From a virus (taxonomy: Duplodnaviria; Caudoviricetes), in IMG/VR virus record IMGVR_UViG_3300025141_017123, positions 1-61,035 of that record: a DNA stretch of 61,035 nt; one strand, given 5' to 3'. This document shows positions 10,254-18,772 of the stretch, one piece after another. The translations under genes were made by a program, and so were the position numbers. The notes under the pieces were generated by a model. That model was not told the DNA's origin and made no database searches. It worked only from the letters and a program-made list of their open reading frames with translations. Each line of letters starts with the position of its first letter. The stretch's first letter is position 1.

Positions 10254-10724
10254 CTACGATTGCACCGTGAACCCACATTGAAGACATCGTTCGCCACCAT
10301 AGTTTTCATTGTAACTAAGCCCTAAACCACTGCCACATTCAGGGCAGAATTCTGATATATCTAGTGATGCCCATTCCCAAACGTCCGCATACTCTGGAAT
10401 ACCATCACTATCATGCCCTATCAGTTCACCAGCATTAGTTTGTTTGGCTATGTAGCTACAGTAACTGTGCACTTTTAGTAGTTCTAAAACTATCTCGTGA
10501 TTTATTTCGAACCACTCGCCAATAACGTTTACAGTGCTGTATTTCTGATGAAATTCTTTTTCTAGTTTCCGGTCTTTATCGCTGTTGATCCACCCCATAA
10601 GAGCTAATCTTCGGGAGTTGCCCGTTTGAAGAGTTTTAAGACGTTGAGTTGGGTTATTACTAATACCGATCTTAATTCTTTGGTTCACCAAGTCTTCATT
10701 TTCAATGATAAAGTAGAGTGCCAT
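10254..10724 (-). CDS. GIY-YIG-like (T5orf172/MUG113) domain protein with C-terminal zinc ribbon
   Basis: LYFI..IKIGIS.NP..RL..LQTGN..GEWF; CPEC..CLQC; RBS AAGGAG before ATG 10724; GTTAGGG core at 10745. Confidence 0.8.
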   Translation of the reverse strand: MALYFIIENEDLVNQRIKIGISNNPTQRLKTLQTGNSRRLALMGWINSDKDRKLEKEFHQKYSTVNVIGEWFEINHEIVLELLKVHSYCSYIAKQTNAGELIGHDSDGIPEYADVWEWASLDISEFCPECGSGLGLSYNENYGGERCLQCGFTVQS

Positions 10725-10885
10725 ATATCTCCTTGTAGCCCTAACGATTCTATAGAAAAACCCCAACAGCCGAATTCAATTAAATAATAAGCTCCTACAG
10801 CAAACCTAAGAGCTTTCTCACACTAGGTAATGCATTTGGAACTCATAAAAGCGGTCTATTTTCTTAAAAAAGAGTAATTCTACAG

Positions 10886-10945
10886 CCTCAACGCCAGCAG
10901 CAAGCGCGCCGCTTTTTGGCATCGCCTTGACTGCTTTTGTTAGCC
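10886..10945 (-). repeat. attC site (60 bp)
   Basis: R'' GGCTAAC overlapping the stop at 10940, R' GTTGAGG, internal palindrome. Confidence 0.85.
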
Positions 10946-11209
10946 TCTTGCTTCGCGCCCGGGCTCATCTTCGGCTACTCGGTAGCGCCAGTAACGATCC
11001 GGCTTTACCCAGACAACATTATGCTCAGTAATGTTCTTAAACTCAGCTAAGACTTCACGACCTAACACAAGATTACCGTCTGCATTTTCGCGCAAGAGCT
11101 TTTCGGCACCATCCTTTATAAGATGATCGACCGCATCGTCTTGGTAGATGCAGCCATCTTTTTCAATCTGAGATAGCATCCATGAAGTTGTTTGCTTAGC
11201 ATCTGTCAT
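10940..11209 (-). CDS. Small cassette protein (DUF6953-like)
   Basis: WML..I...GCIYQDD, NADGN.V, VVW..DRYWR motifs; second gene of a two-gene cassette. Confidence 0.65.
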   Translation of the reverse strand: MTDAKQTTSWMLSQIEKDGCIYQDDAVDHLIKDGAEKLLRENADGNLVLGREVLAEFKNITEHNVVWVKPDRYWRYRVAEDEPGREARG

Positions 11210-11211
11210 GA

Positions 11212-11397
11212 TTAAGACTTATCTACGGATTCTAGGGAGTCGTTAGGAAAATTACCCTGCTCAAGTTTCTTCCCCGCAAACCACTGGCAAATATAGTACG
11301 CAGCATGCTGTGACGGTACAGAACGAACAGTCATCTCTGGACCGCCAGACTTGATCTTTACGATATCTCCGACTTCGAAATTAGCGTTTTTTGTCAT
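11212..11397 (-). CDS. YodC/DUF2158 family small protein
   Basis: FEVGDIVKIKSGGPEMTV...CQWFAG...F..DSL. Confidence 0.85.
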   Translation of the reverse strand: MTKNANFEVGDIVKIKSGGPEMTVRSVPSQHAAYYICQWFAGKKLEQGNFPNDSLESVDKS

Positions 11398-11426
11398 GAA
11401 TACACCTCTTATTTTTTCAGTTTATT

Positions 11427-11481
11427 GGCTAACGCCGCGAACAGCTGCGGCTTTGTAGTGGATTGTTTTGCATTGTTATAC
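11427..11481 (-). repeat. attC site, internally deleted/degenerate
   Basis: R'' GTATAAC, R' GTTAGCC, only a partial internal palindrome. Confidence 0.65.
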
Positions 11482-11485
11482 GCGC

Positions 11486-11929
11486 CTACTGGTTTAAATA
11501 GGGGCTCATTTTGTTTTTTAGCTCTGTTAGCTGCTTGCCAAACCAAAAAAATGTTTCTTGTGAAATTTTAAACCCTTCAACAAACTCAGGGGTTCCTGAA
11601 ATCTCCTTTCCATGCTGTTTAAAGCCGGTAATCTTGAATGACTCCGAATGCATTAAGTCAAGAAGCTCGAAAATACTGGAATCTTCAGAAAATAGAAACC
11701 TGGATGCTTCTTTACTGGCAATAAAAGAACGGTGGGTTTCTTGGCTAACTTTCTCATCAACAAGCTCCTGATAGAAGCGGAGTGTGTCTGTGTATACAGA
11801 AAAGCGCTTATTATAAAGATCAAGATTTAACTTTCTTTTATTAATTGCCATTTGTTGATATGCGATATAAGCCAGAAATGCAGCCATTATCGCTGACGGA
11901 ATAAGCTCTATTAACTTTGAACAAATCAT
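11486..11929 (-). CDS. Cassette hypothetical protein with N-terminal TM helix
   Basis: AFLAYIAYQQ..INKRKL.LDLY.KRF; cassette cores GTTATAC/GTATAAC complementary. Confidence 0.75.
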   Translation of the reverse strand: MICSKLIELIPSAIMAAFLAYIAYQQMAINKRKLNLDLYNKRFSVYTDTLRFYQELVDEKVSQETHRSFIASKEASRFLFSEDSSIFELLDLMHSESFKITGFKQHGKEISGTPEFVEGFKISQETFFWFGKQLTELKNKMSPYLNQ

Positions 11930-11950
11930 TTATTGCGACTCACTAATTTC

Positions 11951-12037
11951 GTATAACGCCTCACATCACCGGACACAAAAAGCCCAGCGAGGAACGAGCG
12001 GCGTTTTTTGTGATCCGAGTGCATGTGATTGTTAGCC
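11951..12037 (-). repeat. attC site (87 bp)
   Basis: R'' GGCTAAC, R' GTTATAC, stems CACAT..CGGA.CACAAAAA / TTTTTGTG.TCCG..ATGTG. Confidence 0.9.
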
Positions 12038-12043
12038 AATTCT

Positions 12044-13276
12044 TTATTTATCTGACGGGATATCATATAGCTGTGTAGTAACAATTATTTCTTTTCCAGG
12101 CTCTGACTCCTTAATAAGAGTGTAGCGAGAGTCTCCGTCGGGATGATGAAAAACAGTCTTACGATGTTCCGGTAACGACTCCATTGCTTCATGCATCTTT
12201 TGCCTTACAGCATTAGAGTCTTTTGTTCGGTTAAATACCATCAGGGCGCATTTTGAGTCGCGCCATGTCAAATAGCCAAGAAGTTGGCTAACGGCGTCAT
12301 TAAATACTTTTTGGCCCCGCCAGAATTTACACTCAGCAATGAATACATTCTTATTTTCTTCTCGTATGAGAATGTCAGTTTTTCCTGACGCATTGAATGT
12401 TTCCCCAGTTGCCCCGCCTTCATAATGGCCATTTAACTGCAAAAGAAAATGATCGCGGATTGATTCTTCATCAAGTGAAGCAAATGACGCGGGATTACGC
12501 TCAATAACTAACGACATACTGCGAATGATTTCCAATATGTGCAGGTATTCTTTTTCATCGAGCACAGGTTCCGGCTGATAAGAGCCCGTCTCCACCGTAG
12601 GTTTTTTCGTTGGTTTCGTTCGTCGTTTCGCGGGGATAGTGAAAGTCGGTGATGCATCTGCTCTCTTTACAGGAATACCTAACGCGGCAACAGCACCAGT
12701 GGTTGCCTGAGCCAGTTCTCTTTTCCTTTTTAGTGCCTGCTTCACCGTGTTTGGAACAGAGCCATTATGATTCGATACATCATTTTTAAGGTAACCGATG
12801 GCATCTTCTAAAGACTTTATATTTCGATTGATATCTGCCTTAAGCTTGTCCGGATTCGCTGAATCATCTGGAAAGCTTACGCTCATTATAATCTCACCAC
12901 CTCTTACTTCTATGTCTGGGTAACCACCCGAACTCCATGTAGATGCGCGCACTCTCCAAAGCATAGGATCACCTTCAAATGGAATGGCTATATCTATCTT
13001 TGTTCCTCTTACAACAGCCCGCTCTCCTAGAAAGACCGCTCTACTGAAATCATGACTCACGTCAATCTGGGTACCAGATTGGCTTTTTATATACTGCTGA
13101 TCTGAATGAAGAACTATAGGCTCAACTAAGGCCTTATAAATATAATGTTCTTCAAGCTCTGCTTCTGATGCTTTCAAAACATATTCATTGCCCAGCGCCT
13201 TAATCTCATTGGTCACTGAATCAACGATGTTTCTGAAAGTGGCAAAAGTATCTCCCTCTCTAAACGGGTACATCAT
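12044..13276 (-). CDS. Cassette protein with C-terminal PD-(D/E)XK restriction-endonuclease-like domain
   Basis: EESIRD, GKTDILI, FIAECKFW motifs; cassette cores GTTAGCCAA/TTGGCTAAC complementary. Confidence 0.7.
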   Translation of the reverse strand: MMYPFREGDTFATFRNIVDSVTNEIKALGNEYVLKASEAELEEHYIYKALVEPIVLHSDQQYIKSQSGTQIDVSHDFSRAVFLGERAVVRGTKIDIAIPFEGDPMLWRVRASTWSSGGYPDIEVRGGEIIMSVSFPDDSANPDKLKADINRNIKSLEDAIGYLKNDVSNHNGSVPNTVKQALKRKRELAQATTGAVAALGIPVKRADASPTFTIPAKRRTKPTKKPTVETGSYQPEPVLDEKEYLHILEIIRSMSLVIERNPASFASLDEESIRDHFLLQLNGHYEGGATGETFNASGKTDILIREENKNVFIAECKFWRGQKVFNDAVSQLLGYLTWRDSKCALMVFNRTKDSNAVRQKMHEAMESLPEHRKTVFHHPDGDSRYTLIKESEPGKEIIVTTQLYDIPSDK

Positions 13277-13292
13277 TGTTCCTCTTTCTTTT

Positions 13293-13351
13293 GGCTAACA
13301 TTTTAGTATTTATGCGACACGCTGTTTGTGTTGCATAATCACTTGTTGGAC
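13293..13351 (-). repeat. attC-like site closing the recombinase/transposase unit
   Basis: R'' GTCCAAC, stem TTATGCGACAC/GTGTTGCATAA, R' GTTAGCC; spacer lengths atypical. Confidence 0.6.
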
Positions 13352-13614
13352 TGAGCCGCTACCTGCTCGGTGTGTCAGAGTTGGTGTTGTTTATGCTATG
13401 GGAATTTGCTTTTTAGAGGCTCTCACTTTCCTCGCTAATTTAATCAGCTTAGCGAGTGTTATGTAAGCTTTCCCTGCATTGCTCAGCGCTTATTATGTAT
13501 TCATTACACCTAAATTTCCCTTAATAAGCAATTATATTTTTTACACGTACAGAGGCCGCTAGCCTGAACAATTAAGCAGGTTAACTTATTGATTTGATGC
13601 AGCAAGCAAGGCTG

Positions 13615-14706
13615 CTAACTCGTTCGCGCTACTTTGTTTGTCGCCTCATCTAAATTCATCACACCAATAAGTCGTAAAGTACCCGTCTTGCATGACTGGC
13701 AAGGCCAATGGGGTATTAATCGTTCTTGCTCTACCTTCGGCTTCACCGCTTTGCATGGGGTTGCTGATACTTGAGCCTTTATTAACCCTAACTTTCGCTT
13801 GCGACACGCATTAGCTAAAAAGCCATAGTGGCGAATGCGCATAAACCCTTTCGGCAATACATGTTGTAAGTAACGATGTAAAAATTCGTCACAACTCAGT
13901 GTCATGACCTTATCGCGGTTATTATCTGCATAATCGTGGTATTTAAAGCTCACTGACTGCTCATTCGCTGACACTAATCGCGATTCTGACATCACGCCTT
14001 TTCGTGTATAACGAGCAAGGTAACTAACTAGCTTTTCACTGTACGTTAAACAGGCTTTGCTATACACGCACCATTTTGTTGGCGTGTTTATCTTCACGAA
14101 TGAACCATCTGATTCGTTTAACGCCGCCAGCATTTTTCCTCTAAACACTGTTGATAACGCTTTTACGGGGTATAAGTAGCCTTTTTCTATTTCATGCCAG
14201 TGCGTTTTTTCAAGTGCACCTGCGGGTATCAAACAATGCAAGTGGATATGCTGACTTAAGTTTTGCCCCCACGTATGCAGTACGCTTGTCATGCCTAACT
14301 GGCCATGCCTCTTTCGTTTCGCAAATTTGCTCAGCGTTTGCCATGCGGCTTTAAATAAACACTGGTACAACGCGCTTGGGTTATAGTGCGCAATGATATT
14401 CAACTCATGAGGGAGCGTAAAAACAAGGTGGAAATACCGACACGGTAATAAATCCTCTTGCTGTCTTTGCACCCACTTAGCCATAGCCATGCCTTGGCAA
14501 CGCGGACAATGACGGTCTCGACAACTACATCCAATCTTTTGCGACTCACCACAGTTATCACATTGCCATGCTTGGTAACCAAGCTGACCTGTTCTGCATG
14601 ATTGAAGGTGCTGACAGACACGCAGTTGTTGATAGCTCATCGTATGATGCTGTCGATAATTCTCAAGATTTGAGTTTAAAATATCAGCGAGATGCAAAGC
14701 GCTCAC
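13615..14706 (-). CDS. IS91-family rolling-circle (Y2) transposase
   Basis: Zn-binding CRT..CDNC..CRDRHCPRC, HLVFTLP, HUH motif HIHLH, YLARY, RIRHYG. Confidence 0.95.
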   Translation of the reverse strand: MSALHLADILNSNLENYRQHHTMSYQQLRVCQHLQSCRTGQLGYQAWQCDNCGESQKIGCSCRDRHCPRCQGMAMAKWVQRQQEDLLPCRYFHLVFTLPHELNIIAHYNPSALYQCLFKAAWQTLSKFAKRKRHGQLGMTSVLHTWGQNLSQHIHLHCLIPAGALEKTHWHEIEKGYLYPVKALSTVFRGKMLAALNESDGSFVKINTPTKWCVYSKACLTYSEKLVSYLARYTRKGVMSESRLVSANEQSVSFKYHDYADNNRDKVMTLSCDEFLHRYLQHVLPKGFMRIRHYGFLANACRKRKLGLIKAQVSATPCKAVKPKVEQERLIPHWPCQSCKTGTLRLIGVMNLDEATNKVARTS

Positions 14707-15539
14707 TGTTTACCCCAACTCGCAAGCAAATCAATGCCGCCATGCCCTAATTCAGGTAACCAGTGTAAGTAACTTTGTGTCGTTTTAATATCACTGTGAC
14801 CAAGCTGATGTTGCAATTGATGAAGTAGCATACCTGATTCAAGTTGGTGTGTTGCATAAGCATGGCGTAAAGAATGTGGATTACAGTGCTTTAAGCCACA
14901 TGCTTGTGCATGTTTTCTCAATGCCTTTCTGAAGCTTGAGGGTGATATGGGTTTATCCATTAACAACCGCGAGTAAAACATCCAGCCCGTTGGATGATAC
15001 ATTTTCCAATAACAACGTAATTGATTCAGCACACTGTCTGATACAACCACATACCGTGACTTATCCCCTTTACCCTGTTCAATTAAAATGGTTTTACGCT
15101 GTCCATCTATGTTTTGCACTTTAATGTGCAACAGCTCGCCAATACGTAAACCACACCCGTAACACACCACTATTAACGTTTTTAGTCGCATATCATCCGT
15201 GCAGCTCTCTATCAGCCGCCGCATATCATCACGTGATAAATAGGTGGGTGCGCGCGACTTCACTTTTGGCAATGCGACATCTAAGTTCAATGGCCGGTGT
15301 AAAATATTCTTAAACAAAAACCAAATGCTGTTTATCTGTACTTTTTGGCTTGCTCTAGACAGTTTACGAATAGCGGGATCGTTAAAAAAGGCGTTAAGTT
15401 CGTCATCAGTAATCGAATCGAGTGGTCTATTAAAATAATGACTGAGTTTTAGTAAATGTTCACAGTAGCTTTTACAGGTACTTTGCGAATAACCACGATA
15501 GGTTATTTCAGTTTTGACTTGTTCAATGAGTGTATTCAT
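14703..15539 (-). CDS. Tyrosine recombinase (phage-integrase family, N-terminal SAM-like domain)
   Basis: GLRIGE, GKGDK, HSLRH, LGH, TQSY; no IntI-specific insertion. Confidence 0.92.
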   Translation of the reverse strand: MNTLIEQVKTEITYRGYSQSTCKSYCEHLLKLSHYFNRPLDSITDDELNAFFNDPAIRKLSRASQKVQINSIWFLFKNILHRPLNLDVALPKVKSRAPTYLSRDDMRRLIESCTDDMRLKTLIVVCYGCGLRIGELLHIKVQNIDGQRKTILIEQGKGDKSRYVVVSDSVLNQLRCYWKMYHPTGWMFYSRLLMDKPISPSSFRKALRKHAQACGLKHCNPHSLRHAYATHQLESGMLLHQLQHQLGHSDIKTTQSYLHWLPELGHGGIDLLASWGKQ

Positions 15540-15761
15540 GACTTACCTCCAAGTTATGGGATAACCCCAAGGTAAGTGTGGTTCAAATGGTAAGAATAGG
15601 ATCTCCGCGTAGCGGCTTAGTTCAACATTTTAATAGTGCGCTCATCGCGCATATTTCTGCCGACTAAACACTCATTTTTCTGCATGATATAGTTTTAACT
15701 AATAACCTAATGTATTACTATCACTAATTTTTCTAGAATTTTAAGTAAAGTTTAATAGAGC

Positions 15762-15866
15762 AATAATGCGCGCGTCGCTCATTTTCATGAATATATGCGC
15801 AAAGAACAGTTTAACCAATCAATTAACGACGATATTTAGCCACTTTCAATGACCGGTTATCGGTCA
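15762..15866. repeat. ~105-bp inverted repeat, left copy (partner 17629-17732)
   Basis: Reverse complement aligns with 17629-17732 (GGCTAAATATCG..TTGGTTAAACTG..CATTATT), about 80% identity by eye. Confidence 0.8.
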
Positions 15867-15966
15867 TTTGCGACGCTCAACTAAACTCATTTTGGGGCAG
15901 AAACGAGTTATACCGGAATAGCTTCTTTTAGCACTCAGGCGTACTTAGGCAAAGAGCGATGACCAG

Positions 15967-17472
15967 TCATTCTGAAATAGTTTCGTTCTCAAACGTTTCC
16001 GCATTCATGGTAATTACTTTTATGTGATAATCGTACCTTGCGGATCTTGACTGTAAAACATAATGAAGTGTAGTTATAAATGGTCGTTCTTTCCCATTTA
16101 TAAAAGGGTTAGTAATGGCGTATTCACCAAGAATATTACCCCACTCTTCGCCTTTTAACCCTACGCCTCTTCTTGATAGAACTTTATATCTTTCTTCAAA
16201 TTTACTTCCACTTTTTATACCGGACCAGTCGCCTTTTGCTAGTTCATCAGTATTAATTTTATGTTTCTTATCCAGCGAAATTGCTAAATTAATTAATTCC
16301 TTGAGTTCAAAGTTAGCAAATTCAAAGTCGGGATTATTACAATTCACATAGCCAACAATATTACCTCTACTTACCTGAGTTTTTATGAATTTTACATTTT
16401 CAGATACATCTGTATCGAAGGTGATAATGCTAAACCTCTTTAGTTGTTTATCTTCTTTTAGGTTTTCAGCAAGAGTGAGAGGTATTGATTTTCTTTGACT
16501 AAGCAAACCTTTTAAATTTATGAGCTCAACGCCAGCTTGAGCTGCACTTGGGAGTATATTCTTTACGGCGTAATACTCGGTTTGACCTTCTAGGTACCAC
16601 TTCACAATACTACCTCTATATAAACCGAACTCAAACGCGATGTGTGATCTTAAAGATAATACATTATCAAGTGGACGCTCGTTACCATATAATGTTGTTC
16701 TTGCACCAGGAGCCCATTGACCAAACGCTTCATCCTCTTCCTTCCAAGTAACACCGTGAGTATCGAAAAATGCTAGCCTGATTAACTCCGCAATATGTTT
16801 GATCCACATACTTCCAGATATTTGACCTGTAATTCGCTCTCTTCTAGTCCAAGGTGAGCATCTCAATAACATATATAGATTACTGTTATCATCCAGACCT
16901 GCGCTATGAATGCGTAATTGCTCATGATAGTTATCCCATAACTCCGGCGATAATTTCTTTACCAAATCCAATGCCTTAACCCTATATTGATTAATCTCCT
17001 CGTCATACTTTCCTTCCGGAAAACTGTATGAAACTAAACCTGATATTGATGGCCAATAAATAGGTTCTAAAATAATCGCAAGGTCAGCTATGAGATCAAA
17101 TACTTTTACTTTATTACCTATGTTGTCATTTTCTGGTAAAAAGTTTATACATGCATCAAGACATTGTGAAAGAGACTCTTTATTCAAAGTAGAGGTTGCT
17201 GATATCCTTATCCTGCATAATTCGACTCCCTTGAACACCGGCAATAACCTGAAGGGATGAAATAAATATTTGTGATTGTTATTATTGTCATTAGTTAACC
17301 AACCTAATTCACAAAACTTGCTAGGATCACCTTGCAAGACTCCGGAGACAGCTATACCTCGGTCTTTTATAAATCTAATAAACTTAGATTCCCGCATAAG
17401 CTTATTTTGGAGTAGCCTATAACGTTGTTGTGAAGTATCTCTAAAAAACTCTTTTACGTAAAACTCGTCCAT
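15967..17472 (-). CDS. Hypothetical protein with C-terminal TOPRIM-like domain
   Basis: WYLEGQTE and TFDTD motifs, PDFEFANF. Confidence 0.6.
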   Translation of the reverse strand: MDEFYVKEFFRDTSQQRYRLLQNKLMRESKFIRFIKDRGIAVSGVLQGDPSKFCELGWLTNDNNNNHKYLFHPFRLLPVFKGVELCRIRISATSTLNKESLSQCLDACINFLPENDNIGNKVKVFDLIADLAIILEPIYWPSISGLVSYSFPEGKYDEEINQYRVKALDLVKKLSPELWDNYHEQLRIHSAGLDDNSNLYMLLRCSPWTRRERITGQISGSMWIKHIAELIRLAFFDTHGVTWKEEDEAFGQWAPGARTTLYGNERPLDNVLSLRSHIAFEFGLYRGSIVKWYLEGQTEYYAVKNILPSAAQAGVELINLKGLLSQRKSIPLTLAENLKEDKQLKRFSIITFDTDVSENVKFIKTQVSRGNIVGYVNCNNPDFEFANFELKELINLAISLDKKHKINTDELAKGDWSGIKSGSKFEERYKVLSRRGVGLKGEEWGNILGEYAITNPFINGKERPFITTLHYVLQSRSARYDYHIKVITMNAETFENETISE

Positions 17473-17628
17473 GTCAATGTATCTCCTAGGTGAAAAACGT
17501 TTGAAAAATTTTATCTATTAACAAGAAAGGTTACCATACTTACTTTTTATATAACGTATTTTTAAAAATTCTAATATAAATTGAATAAGTGACCGAGCAC
17601 AATTGACACTTTTGCGAAGTTCGGCTGT

Positions 17629-17732
17629 GAGCGAAAACCGGTCATTGAGATTGGCTAAATATCGTAGTTTGTTAATTGGTTAAACTGCTCTTTACGTATA
17701 TATTTATGGAAATAAGTGATTCGCACATTATT
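17629..17732. repeat. ~105-bp inverted repeat, right copy
   Basis: Inverted homologue of 15762-15866. Confidence 0.8.
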
Positions 17733-17749
17733 AAGCATTTAGGGAGAAT

Positions 17750-18502
17750 ATGGTGCCATTATCGAAGAGTTTATTTATGTTACTTGTCCTTTTACTAAGT
17801 GCATGTTCGACGAAACCATTTGATGGCCCTAATTCATCGATCAAGAAATTTACTTACTACGATGAACAAGATGTGAATGACATGTATAGCGCGTTGTTTT
17901 CTGATCATAAAATATTGGGGAAAATTAATAATAATGATGTCATAAGTGACAAGTCACTATATTCAATAGCTGAAAAATATAAAGCAGATATTATTTTAGC
18001 TAATATGAGATTATTAAGTGTTGGGGCTCCTCGAATAGCGGGGCAAGTTAATGTAAACGGTAGTTTTTCTATTTACGAAACCGTAGGAGAAAGTAACTGG
18101 TCAAACCAATATCTATTTTTACAACAACCCAATAAAAAAAAGTATTTTTGGGAAAAAGAGTTACCTAAAAATATACAGTTAGCAACAAGAACTGAATGGG
18201 TTCAATGCGCCACTGTCGAATGTGAAAGAACATTCGGTTTTATTGATGTTGTTAACTTTGAAACAACGCAATATATGATTGTAAAGGGAAATAAAATACC
18301 TTTTGCAAAGTTTGAGTTAAGCTCAGGAATTGGAGTTGTATTGGATATAGTTGATGGCATAACACCTCATGTAGCTACATTTGAAAAACAAACCCACGGT
18401 TTTAAAATAAAAAGCAAAGAAAGCAATAGATTATTTATTCCTCTAAAGTTATACAATAGAATATCAAAAGAAGTAAATAAACCTGACATTACGATATATT
18501 AA
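17750..18502 (+). CDS. Putative lipoprotein (relic gene cassette)
   Basis: Lipobox LSAC; followed by decayed attC. Confidence 0.75.
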   Translation: MVPLSKSLFMLLVLLLSACSTKPFDGPNSSIKKFTYYDEQDVNDMYSALFSDHKILGKINNNDVISDKSLYSIAEKYKADIILANMRLLSVGAPRIAGQVNVNGSFSIYETVGESNWSNQYLFLQQPNKKKYFWEKELPKNIQLATRTEWVQCATVECERTFGFIDVVNFETTQYMIVKGNKIPFAKFELSSGIGVVLDIVDGITPHVATFEKQTHGFKIKSKESNRLFIPLKLYNRISKEVNKPDITIY

Positions 18503-18560
18503 ATGCTTACAAATCACTTAAACGGATAAATAACAGTAGCTATGCAAATTATAGCCAAAG
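18503..18560 (+). repeat. Decayed attC remnant
   Basis: CTTAAACGGATAAATAACAGT..ATTATAGCCAA matches the top strand of the attC at 9607-9696. Confidence 0.55.
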
Positions 18561-18772
18561 AGGACAAGTCTTAATTTCAGACATTATAACTTCTGAACGT
18601 CTGTTTATGGCACTTTCGCGATATTCAGCTGTGAGCGATCAGTAATAAATTATGATATATGAAGTCAAGGTTTTATCCCGTTGACTCTATAAATTATAAA
18701 TATGAGCGTGCCGATAATAGAGATGTATGTGATACAAGCACTATTAAATTGCTAAATTAACTAGAGGTTTTT

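Larger units (their letters stand above)
13300..15626 (-). mobile_element. Two-gene IS91-family element (tyrosine recombinase + Y2/HUH transposase) in the cassette array
   Basis: Overlapping int and tnp ORFs; 18-bp inverted repeats at 13345-13362 and 15609-15626 (16/18); oriIS-like GCAAATTCCCATAG (minus, 13396-13409). Confidence 0.85.

Noticed and set aside
10872-10890. IS-like terminal repeat GAGGCTGTAGAATTACTC at the attC R' end
   Set aside because: No partner end or transposase found; too weak to call
14703-15539. Integron integrase IntI
   Set aside because: 278 aa, lacks the IntI-specific insertion before HxxR, is co-oriented with the cassettes and coupled to a transposase
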